DNA of 64,000 nucleotides, taken from IMG/VR virus record IMGVR_UViG_3300017763_000002, positions 62,001 through 126,000 of that record; one strand, 5' to 3'. The notes beneath the pieces were generated by a model. The model worked only from the letters and a program-made list of their open reading frames with translations, did not search any database and was not told the DNA's origin. Both the position numbers and the translations under genes were made by a program. Position 1 is the stretch's first letter; each line of letters starts with the position of its first letter. This document shows, piece by piece, positions 9,291-16,944 of this stretch.

Positions 9291-9319
9291 ATATTACAGC
9301 ATATAACGAATTAAGTCAA
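9291..9319 (-). promoter_or_regulatory. sigma70-type promoter for nrdB
   Basis: Minus strand TTGACT-17 nt-TAATAT; the -10 ends 8 nt before the ATG. Confidence 0.6.
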
Positions 9320-9327
9320 GAAAAAGT

Positions 9328-9966
9328 TCAATCTTTTTGTTCTGGGCACATCAATTTTATTAAATCATTCTGCTGTGTTTTTGAGGCCTTGTTCCATTGA
9401 AGGGCTATATCTTTTCTTTTTTCTTGTATAGTTTTTTCTTTTTCGCATAATTCTTTTTCTATTTTTTCTAAAAAATCAATAGATATTTCTGAAAGATCAA
9501 TGTCTAGATCAAAAGATATTTCTATTAAATCTTCTATCTTGTTAGTCTCTTTAGCCTCTGTAGCGCTTATGAACATCTCTGTAAGCTCTTCGTCTTTTAA
9601 GTCTGGGTGGGTTACTTTCGCGATCTCTCTATATAAAGACTTGACTTCATCAGCTTCTGAGTCTGTCACTTCTTTTGCTTCTGGTTTATCATGAGCTTTA
9701 TCTGCAACAAGCGGGTTTTTGCAATTAGGGTTATTAGCGCAATATTCTATGATTGATGCAAACATTTTTTGTTTAGCTTCGGAAAGCTCTTCTTCTAGGA
9801 TTTCCATTTCTATACTTAAGTATTTGCTTTTATGCTTTAGTCTTAATAAAAATTTATTTTTTTCTGAATTGTTGGTTTTTTTACGTTTGCGTTTTTTATT
9901 GGAAGATGGTCTGTATTTACCAAGCTCCTCTTTTTCCCATTTTTTAAAAGATTCAAAAAAGTCCAT
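9328..9966 (-). CDS. J-domain (DnaJ-like HPD) protein
   Basis: EVKSLYREIAKVTHPDL...FISATEA is J-domain helix II, the HPD loop and helix III, flanked by helical segments. Confidence 0.7.
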   Translation of the reverse strand: MDFFESFKKWEKEELGKYRPSSNKKRKRKKTNNSEKNKFLLRLKHKSKYLSIEMEILEEELSEAKQKMFASIIEYCANNPNCKNPLVADKAHDKPEAKEVTDSEADEVKSLYREIAKVTHPDLKDEELTEMFISATEAKETNKIEDLIEISFDLDIDLSEISIDFLEKIEKELCEKEKTIQEKRKDIALQWNKASKTQQNDLIKLMCPEQKD

Positions 9967-9972
9967 AAGGTT

Positions 9973-9980
9973 TTTTACAC
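9973..9980 (-). promoter_or_regulatory. GTGTA motif (candidate late promoter)
   Basis: GTGTAAAA starting 14 nt before the ATG at 9966, immediately after a terminator T-tract. Confidence 0.6.
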
Positions 9981-10003
9981 AAAAAAACCCCCCTTGCGGG
10001 GGG
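9981..10003 (-). terminator. Rho-independent terminator
   Basis: Minus strand CCCCCC-GCAA-GGGGGG (GNRA loop) followed by T7, 30 nt after the stop of 10034..11431. Confidence 0.85.
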
Positions 10004-10033
10004 CGTAGTAACTAAACTATCTTTAATTTTAAA

Positions 10034-11431
10034 TCAGGAATCATGCCCCTGAGGCTCTACAGATAGAATAATATCCATACTGTATCCAGTACCTGCAATG
10101 TTATCCGAAAAATCGAATATTGCTTGGGTATTGCTAACGCTCCTCAACTGGCAGATCACGATTGGATCTCCAGAAACACTGTTCTTGATTTGCCCCATAA
10201 CCTTTGGAGACTGAGTAGCTGTGAAGCCAAACCCAGTATAATCGCAGGTAATGGACTGCGCTCCGCTAGAGATAGCAAAGTTCGATACGCGAATATTGTT
10301 ATCAATTCTTTGTATCGTTCCTTGGATCGATACTTCGGAGGCACTAATTCTTGTTGTAAGGGAGCCAGTCTTGCTGTCCATTTCAACTTCTTCAGCACTC
10401 AAGCGAGTTGTAAGGGAACCAGCTTTGCTGTCCATTTCAACTTCTTCAGCACTCAAGCGAGTTGTAAGGGAACCAGTCTTGCTGTCCATTTCAACTTCTT
10501 CAGCACTTACGCGAGTTGTAAGGGAAGTTTCAGCGGCACTTACACGAGTTGTAAGAGAGCCAGCTTTGCTGTCCATTTCAACTTCTTCAGCACTCAAGCG
10601 AGTTGTAAGGGAACCAGCTTTGCTGTCCATCTCAACTTCTTCAGCACTCAAGCGAGTTGTAAGAGAACCAGCTTTGCTGTCCATTTCAACTTCTTCAGCA
10701 CTCAAGCGGGTCTCAATAGAATCAACTTGACTACCTTCTGATCCTGTAGCAACTTCGTTAGCACTTAAACGAGTTGTAAGGGAAGCTGTCTTGCTGTCCA
10801 TTTCAACTTCTTCAGCACTTACGCGAGTTGTAAGGGAAGTTTCAGCGGCACTTACACGAGTTGTAAGAGAACCAGCTTTGCTGTCCATTTCAACTTCTTC
10901 AGCACTCAAACGAGTTGTAAGGGAACCAGTCTTGCTGTCCATTTCAACTTCTTCAGCACTTACGCGAGTTGTAAGGGAATCAGCTTTGCTGTCCATTTCA
11001 ACTTCTTCAGCACTTACGCGAGTTGTAAGGGAACCAGCTTTGCTGTCCATTTCAACTTCTTCAGCACTTACGCGAGTTGTAAGGGAATCAGCTTTGCTGT
11101 CCATTTCAACTTCTTCAGCACTTACGCGAGTTGTAAGGGAATCAGCTTTGCTGTCCATTTCAACTTCTTCAGCACTTAATCGGGTCTCAATAGAGTCGAC
11201 GCCGTTATTTTGAATGTCAGAAGCAGTACTTTCTTGAACACTTACTCTGGTTTCCAGAGAAGATGTTAAGGATGTCTGTGCGACTTCTGTAACGCTTTGT
11301 CGAGATTCAAGAGAACCTGTGACGCTTACATCAGCTTGAACTACATTATCAAATACTAGTTTACCACCAGCATTTTTTTCGATTGTTACACTGTCCAGCT
11401 TTATCTTTTCAGCAGCAATAATTTTTGCCAT
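10034..11431 (-). CDS. Fibre-like virion protein with 18-aa coiled-coil repeats and a C-terminal beta domain
   Basis: 13 copies of SLTTR(V/L)SAEEVEMDSK(A/T)x, two 11-aa SLTTRVSAAET units and a C-terminal domain of about 85 aa. Confidence 0.75.
   Translation of the reverse strand: MAKIIAAEKIKLDSVTIEKNAGGKLVFDNVVQADVSVTGSLESRQSVTEVAQTSLTSSLETRVSVQESTASDIQNNGVDSIETRLSAEEVEMDSKADSLTTRVSAEEVEMDSKADSLTTRVSAEEVEMDSKAGSLTTRVSAEEVEMDSKADSLTTRVSAEEVEMDSKTGSLTTRLSAEEVEMDSKAGSLTTRVSAAETSLTTRVSAEEVEMDSKTASLTTRLSANEVATGSEGSQVDSIETRLSAEEVEMDSKAGSLTTRLSAEEVEMDSKAGSLTTRLSAEEVEMDSKAGSLTTRVSAAETSLTTRVSAEEVEMDSKTGSLTTRLSAEEVEMDSKAGSLTTRLSAEEVEMDSKTGSLTTRISASEVSIQGTIQRIDNNIRVSNFAISSGAQSITCDYTGFGFTATQSPKVMGQIKNSVSGDPIVICQLRSVSNTQAIFDFSDNIAGTGYSMDIILSVEPQGHDS
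10345..11197 (-). repeat. 54-bp coding tandem repeat (with 33-bp variant units)
   Basis: Near-identical gctgtccatttcaacttcttcagcact units recur every 54 nt, in frame with the CDS. Confidence 0.95.
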
Positions 11432-11438
11432 TGAATGT

Positions 11439-11446
11439 ATGTACCC
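11439..11446 (-). promoter_or_regulatory. GTGTA motif variant (candidate late promoter)
   Basis: GGGTACAT starting 15 nt before the ATG at 11431; one mismatch to the consensus. Confidence 0.4.
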
Positions 11447-11467
11447 TAAAAGCGATAGAATGGGAAT

Positions 11468-12601
11468 TTAAATATTCTCAAACAGTTGTGAAGTTTTTTT
11501 AATATTGTCTGGATTGTTCGGGCTGTATTTCCAGCACAACTCTTTTCCTTGTTCTAGTTTTATATCCAAATTATCGTTGTGTTCTTCTGTGGCAAGCTTT
11601 AATTGTTCTGCAGCTTCAATCATATTAAAATCTTCGTAGTAATATCCAAAATCTTTTATAAATTCAGAGTTATGAACTAAAGGGTATCCAAAATGGGCAG
11701 CTTCTAAATACGTATAATTTAATGCATTTAAATGTTGGTGGCTGAGAAAAATGGGGTTATCTTTACTCATAATTTTTGGCATAGCTTCTCGTGGATCGAA
11801 TATCATTCTTTTTATATGGTTTCTGAAAACCCTATCATTTAATATTCTAGATCTTAGTTGATCTTTTTCATCATTGATTAATTTTAATGTGCCAAAGAAT
11901 ATAGCTTTTTCAAAAATATCTGGATAATGTACTAATAAATGTTTAACTGTAAATAATGGAGGTATAAAAGTTTTACTAAAGTTAATATTGGGTTCAACTA
12001 TAGCAATATTATTTTTTTCTTTTATATTGTATTTTAAATCTTTTTCTTGTATATTAAGAACTTGTGCTGAACCATATATAAATTTAGGATCCCATATATA
12101 TGGTAGCTCAAAAGTATTTGGCGAAGTATTTATTTTTAAATAATCTTCACAGAAGTCGTAATGGGGAGAATATAGAACTGCGTCATGAATTAAAGAACTT
12201 GGCTCGGAAGCCCAGCCTCCATGGTTTTCTTCACTGCAAATATAATTACAAATATCTGTAACTAAAACATTTCCATAATTAATGGCAGCAATTTTACATT
12301 CTGAATTCACTGATTTGTATTTTTCTGCATGCTCTGGATTGCATGCTATGCCTGGGGTACAAACGACATCTAAATGGTGCTTTATTGGTGACAATTCATC
12401 GTAAGATATAATGTTTTTATTATTTAAAAAACTTTGTTCAATGTCTGTTTTAATTATAGACTCTTCTTGGTTTCCGCAAAAATCTATAAAAAATACATCG
12501 TGCCCAGCGGATTCAAGTATTTCATAAAGTAGTATTATGTTCTGGTACAACCCGTTAGAAAAAAATCCGTAATTAAATCTAGTAGTTATTCCTATATGCA
12601 T
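11468..12601 (-). CDS. DUF2827-like putative GT-B glycosyltransferase
   Basis: MHIGIT..FFSNGLYQNIILLY; IAIVEPNINFSK; SHQHLNALNYTYLEAAHFGYPLVHNS..GYYY, recognised as the DUF2827 pattern with a GT-B donor-binding-like ExxxxGxP. Confidence 0.65.
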   Translation of the reverse strand: MHIGITTRFNYGFFSNGLYQNIILLYEILESAGHDVFFIDFCGNQEESIIKTDIEQSFLNNKNIISYDELSPIKHHLDVVCTPGIACNPEHAEKYKSVNSECKIAAINYGNVLVTDICNYICSEENHGGWASEPSSLIHDAVLYSPHYDFCEDYLKINTSPNTFELPYIWDPKFIYGSAQVLNIQEKDLKYNIKEKNNIAIVEPNINFSKTFIPPLFTVKHLLVHYPDIFEKAIFFGTLKLINDEKDQLRSRILNDRVFRNHIKRMIFDPREAMPKIMSKDNPIFLSHQHLNALNYTYLEAAHFGYPLVHNSEFIKDFGYYYEDFNMIEAAEQLKLATEEHNDNLDIKLEQGKELCWKYSPNNPDNIKKTSQLFENI

Positions 12602-12607
12602 GAATAT

Positions 12608-12615
12608 TGTTACAC
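12608..12615 (-). promoter_or_regulatory. GTGTA motif (candidate late promoter)
   Basis: GTGTAACA starting 14 nt before the ATG at 12601. Confidence 0.6.
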
Positions 12616-12631
12616 ATAATGTTTTTTAATA

Positions 12632-12668
12632 AAAGTTAAAAGTTAACTTTAGACTTTACTTAGACTTT
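12632..12668. repeat. Short direct and inverted repeats in the divergent intergenic region
   Basis: AAAGTTAA twice (12632, 12639); palindrome AAAGTTAACTTT (12639-12650); TTAGACTTT twice, 11 bp apart (12649, 12660). Confidence 0.6.
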
Positions 12669-12680
12669 TATATAATATAG

Positions 12681-12688
12681 GTGTACAG
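12681..12688 (+). promoter_or_regulatory. GTGTA motif (candidate late promoter)
   Basis: GTGTACAG starting 15 nt before the GTG at 12696. The ORF track uses this GTG as the start codon. Confidence 0.55.
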
Positions 12689-12695
12689 ATATAGC

Positions 12696-14741
12696 GTGAG
12701 CAAAAGAAAATATAATAAAAAGTCTGACTATTGGAAAAAATTCGACAAGCCTAATTCACCAGCAATCCCTATAGTCTCTGAGGATCAAGTGCCTCCTGCT
12801 TTTGCTGGAGAGTCTTATTATTCTGAAACCACAAATGCGTCGGTAATATTGCAGCAATCTAATGCGAACAGAAATGAACCAGGGCAAAGTAGGACAAATA
12901 GAAGGTCTAATACTAAAGCTAAAGCTCAAAAGAAAGATAAGTATGAAAATATAAGAAGCGGGGTATTGCCTTATGATTTTTCTTCTAGCGGAATTTCTAT
13001 AAGAGATTCTGTTGAACTCTGCCAGAAGGCCTACGCTAATATATCAATTTTTAGAAACGCAATAGATATTATGTCTGAGTTCGCCAACTCAAATATACAG
13101 CTTCAAGGCGGCAATCAGAAGTCAAGAGAATTTGTATATAAGTGGTTTGATAAAGTTAATTTATGGAAAATTAGAGACCAATACTTTCGAGAGTATTACA
13201 GGTCTGGGAATATCTTCATGTATAGAGTGGACGGAAAATTCACGCGAGAAGACTTTGCTAAAATGTCTAAGGTTTATGGCGGTTTGGAGCCTGGTAGAAT
13301 ACCAATAAGATACATATTTCTTAACCCTTATGATATTATGGCTCATCGGGCGACAACTTTTAGTGAGGGCCAGTATTTTAAAGTCTTATCTGAATACGAT
13401 TTAGAAAGACTGAAGAGCCCCAAGACAGAATATGATCAGCAGGTATTTGATAGTATGCCTAAGGAAGTAAAAGAAATATTAGATACTAATTCTTTTCCAA
13501 GAGATGGGGTTAAAGTTCCTCTTCCTGATGATAAAATTATTCACTCTTTTTATAAAAAGCAGGATTACGAACCGTTTGCAATACCTTTCGGCTTCCCCGT
13601 GTTAGATGATATAAATTACAAAATAGAACTTAAAAAAATAGATCAGGCTATATGTAGAACTATAGAAAATGTTATATTGCTTATTACTATGGGCGCTGAA
13701 CCTGAAAAAGGGGGGATAAATCCTAGAAATTTAGAAGCCATGCAGAAGCTTTTTCAAAACGAAAGCGTTGGGAGGGTTTTGGTTAGTGACTATACTACTA
13801 AGGCAGATTTTGTTATACCAGATATAAGGAAGGTTGTTGGCCCAGATAAATATCAGATAGTTAATCAAGATATTAGGGAGGGATTACAAAACATTATTGT
13901 TGGAGACGAAAGATATAGTAATACTCAAGTAAAAGCAGAAATCTTTTTAGAAAGATTAAAAGAAGCAAGGAACGCTTTTCTTAATGATTTCTTGCAAGAT
14001 CAAATTAAAATGGTTTGCGAAAATATGGGCTTTAGGCAATACCCTGTAGCTCATTTTGAAGAGATTGATATTAAAGACGAAGTCCAATTACAAAGAGTCG
14101 CCACAAGACTGATTGAATTAGGCATACTTACTCCTGAACAAGGAATTAATGCAATTAAATCTGGAATATATCCTGCGGGGGAAGATTTAGATCTCGCTCA
14201 AGAAGAATTTTTGTCTCAAAGAAAAGAGGGTAAATTTAATCCATTAGTCGGAGGAGTTCCTTCTGTTGAGAATCCAGGGGCAGAAAAAGATAGGGCTCTT
14301 CAGAAAGAAACTATGCAAAAAGCTGCACCTCCTGTCCAACAAAGTGCACCTACAAAAGAAAGCGGTAGGCCTACTGGCACTAATGGAATTCCGCAAGAAA
14401 ATAAATCAACAGAAAAAATTACACCTTCAGATATAAAAGATGTTATATTTAAAATAGAAAATTTAAACAAAGCTGTTAAGTCTCAAGTATTAAAAAAGCA
14501 TTCTGTAAAAAAACTTAATAAAGCACAAAATAAAATGGTAGACGAATTATGCGAATCTATTATATGCTCTTCTAGTCAAAATGAATGGGAAAAAGTTGCG
14601 CAATGCTGTATGGATGATAATAATCAAATCGCTAAGTTACAAGTAATTCCTGAGATACTAGATATAAGTCAAGAGAAGGAGCTGGGTTTGTATCCGTCGG
14701 CTATATTTTATCATAGTATGGGGGAATTTACTGATGATTAA
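12696..14741 (+). CDS. Probable portal protein
   Basis: Size and portal-like pattern (FRNAIDIMSEFAN...QYFREYYRSGNIFMY; PFAIPFGFPVL; helical C-half; GRP tail); first gene of a structural block. Start refined to GTG 12696 (MSKRKY). Confidence 0.6.
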   Translation: MSKRKYNKKSDYWKKFDKPNSPAIPIVSEDQVPPAFAGESYYSETTNASVILQQSNANRNEPGQSRTNRRSNTKAKAQKKDKYENIRSGVLPYDFSSSGISIRDSVELCQKAYANISIFRNAIDIMSEFANSNIQLQGGNQKSREFVYKWFDKVNLWKIRDQYFREYYRSGNIFMYRVDGKFTREDFAKMSKVYGGLEPGRIPIRYIFLNPYDIMAHRATTFSEGQYFKVLSEYDLERLKSPKTEYDQQVFDSMPKEVKEILDTNSFPRDGVKVPLPDDKIIHSFYKKQDYEPFAIPFGFPVLDDINYKIELKKIDQAICRTIENVILLITMGAEPEKGGINPRNLEAMQKLFQNESVGRVLVSDYTTKADFVIPDIRKVVGPDKYQIVNQDIREGLQNIIVGDERYSNTQVKAEIFLERLKEARNAFLNDFLQDQIKMVCENMGFRQYPVAHFEEIDIKDEVQLQRVATRLIELGILTPEQGINAIKSGIYPAGEDLDLAQEEFLSQRKEGKFNPLVGGVPSVENPGAEKDRALQKETMQKAAPPVQQSAPTKESGRPTGTNGIPQENKSTEKITPSDIKDVIFKIENLNKAVKSQVLKKHSVKKLNKAQNKMVDELCESIICSSSQNEWEKVAQCCMDDNNQIAKLQVIPEILDISQEKELGLYPSAIFYHSMGEFTDD

Positions 14742-15045
14742 TAATATTGTAAGTCAAGCAGGTTATTTAGAATTAGTAAAAGCTAGCTCCACAACGATCG
14801 CTAATTTAGGTATTTTTTTATGTAATATAGATACAAAAAACGCTGATGTTATTGATCTTTTTATTGTGCCATCTGGAGGAACCCCCGGAAACGAAAACAA
14901 AATATTATCAGAACTTTATATTCCCCCAAGTCAAACTTTTAGTTTTGGGGAAGAAAAATTTATATTGGAGCCTGGAGACTCAATAGGCTTCTCATCTCAG
15001 GTTGGAGGCAGAATTACTGCAACCGTAACTTTTACTGAATTATAA
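14734..15045 (+). CDS. Small beta-rich putative virion protein
   Basis: 103 aa, FLCN...DLFIVPSGG...IPPSQTF...LEPGDSI; translationally coupled to the portal. Confidence 0.6.
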   Translation: MINNIVSQAGYLELVKASSTTIANLGIFLCNIDTKNADVIDLFIVPSGGTPGNENKILSELYIPPSQTFSFGEEKFILEPGDSIGFSSQVGGRITATVTFTEL

Positions 15046-16943
15046 TGGCCGGCTTTGTTCCAAAAGAAGATGCTATATCCGGAGCCTACCTTAGGCTTAA
15101 CGGAGACGACGAAGTATTTGGGCATAAGGATTTTATTAACGATGTAACTATTCGTGGTGATCTTCAAGTTTCTGGAGATATGCGTGTTTCTCAAATAGTA
15201 GATTTTACTAGTGAGTCTGGAGATATTAGCGGGCATATATTTAGGGGTAGTACAGCATATTTTGATGAAGTGGTCGTAGGCCAATTATCTGCGCTAGAAA
15301 CTTCTGGGGGTTCTTCTGGTGAAACTTCTGGAGGATTAGATACTGGGCCGGTTTTTGTAAGATCAGTGAGTGCTGTTAATGGAGTAAGGGAAATATTGGA
15401 GTCGGAATACAATGGGGAGATTATAAGAAAAGTTAAAACTGCAAGCGATCAAGTGGATGTGGGACTTATGTTAGAGCGCGGAGATGCTCAATCATATAAA
15501 CCTTCAATTTTCTATTCTGTAAGCGGGGTAGATAATTCCGATCAAGCGATTGACCCCTCCTCGTTATCAACGCATTCTAATGGGTATTCTTTTAATTCAA
15601 CAGTTAGGCTTGATGCTTCGACTCCTAAAACTTATTTATTTAAAAACGGATCAAGGCAAACTTATTTAATAATAGAAAAAGATACTCCCCCGCAAATTAT
15701 ATCTGCAGAATTTGTTAACAAGTTAGGGACTGGCAGTTTTTATGGAACTGCTTCTTTTAATTCCGAATCTGGAGCGGTGACAGTACAGCAGACTGAAGCT
15801 AGAAATGGCGATGTTGCTAGGGTTAAGGTAGTTGCAAATAAAGCTATAGGGCAAATACATATATCGGGGGCAGCAGTGTCAAGTAAAACTGTAAACTCTC
15901 CTTCTTATATAGATAATCTAGATGGAACTTATACGCATGAATTTGATGTAAATGTTTCCGCTTCAAACTCTGTATCTGATAGAAGTTTTACTATAAGAGT
16001 GAATGATTTAGTTGGTAATCCTTCTGAAAATTACAATTCAGATAATACAATTAAAACAAATAATCAATCTCCGTCTGGCAGTATATCTATATCTTATCCT
16101 AATAATACGGGATTAATGAATAATACTACTGACATAGTTTCTTTTAATGTAAGTGCTAATAATTTTGATCATTATAATTTTAGTAATAGTGGTATTTTTT
16201 CTATTAAAGAGGAGCCTACTACTTTAACTGGTGGACCTTTTAAATTTTCTGCAGAAAACGCAAACTCTAGAACTAGTGGTAGTTTTTCTGTGCAAGTATT
16301 TAAAGCTTCGAATGGGCGAACGGCTAGTTTTTCCAGCTCATCCGTGCAAGTCCAGTCTTTTGGAACTACGCCTTCTTTAAATTTTTCTCCAAACCTTTTT
16401 AGTTCTTCAAATTCAGGGGCTGTTTTGAATAATGTAAATATAACCTTAAGCGAAGAAGTAGATGTATTGACCGTAGATTCGGTTTCTGATACAAGTATAT
16501 CAATACAAAACTTAACAAAGAATAATAATAAATCTTTTTCTTTTCAAATATCTGTAGATGATTCTTCTCCAAGAGGAACTTTTACAATTAATTTTGCAGG
16601 CACAAAAATAATAGGAGATAGTTTTAGTAAAAGTGATACTGGATCTATTAGAGGGTTTAATCAAAGAACAGTGACCGCTCTTGCGACTGCATATGAGCCA
16701 GTAGATATTGGGGTAAATGTATTTAATACTTCACGATTAGTGGTTTCTGTCCAGCCTGACGGAGGTAATTCTTTTTCGGTGAACTATGACTCAAATATTA
16801 CTGGACCAAAACAAGATGGAACAAGTAATCTTGAGGCTGCATTTGGGATAATAGATGATAATAAAATAGTAATAGATAATCAAGTTATTACTAACGCTGG
16901 GAATGTAAGTGATGTTTTTATAACCGTGGAGGAGTTGCAGTGA
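15045..16943 (+). CDS. Ser/Gly/Asn-rich putative virion structural protein (Ig-like domains)
   Basis: 632 aa; N-terminal fibre-like GDLQVSG; beta-strand-rich segments such as PPQIISAEF and IRVNDLVGN. Confidence 0.6.
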   Translation: MAGFVPKEDAISGAYLRLNGDDEVFGHKDFINDVTIRGDLQVSGDMRVSQIVDFTSESGDISGHIFRGSTAYFDEVVVGQLSALETSGGSSGETSGGLDTGPVFVRSVSAVNGVREILESEYNGEIIRKVKTASDQVDVGLMLERGDAQSYKPSIFYSVSGVDNSDQAIDPSSLSTHSNGYSFNSTVRLDASTPKTYLFKNGSRQTYLIIEKDTPPQIISAEFVNKLGTGSFYGTASFNSESGAVTVQQTEARNGDVARVKVVANKAIGQIHISGAAVSSKTVNSPSYIDNLDGTYTHEFDVNVSASNSVSDRSFTIRVNDLVGNPSENYNSDNTIKTNNQSPSGSISISYPNNTGLMNNTTDIVSFNVSANNFDHYNFSNSGIFSIKEEPTTLTGGPFKFSAENANSRTSGSFSVQVFKASNGRTASFSSSSVQVQSFGTTPSLNFSPNLFSSSNSGAVLNNVNITLSEEVDVLTVDSVSDTSISIQNLTKNNNKSFSFQISVDDSSPRGTFTINFAGTKIIGDSFSKSDTGSIRGFNQRTVTALATAYEPVDIGVNVFNTSRLVVSVQPDGGNSFSVNYDSNITGPKQDGTSNLEAAFGIIDDNKIVIDNQVITNAGNVSDVFITVEELQ

Positions 16944-16944
16944 T

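Noticed and set aside
10124-11213. Long + strand ORFs (10124..10741, 10251..10730, 10791..11213) opposite the 18-mer fibre
   Set aside because: They are antisense shadows kept open by the 54-bp repeat, with no independent start signals or protein-like features.
12681-12695. ORF-track start of the portal at GTG 12681
   Set aside because: This GTG is part of the GTGTA motif. GTG 12696 fits the conserved 15-nt spacing.
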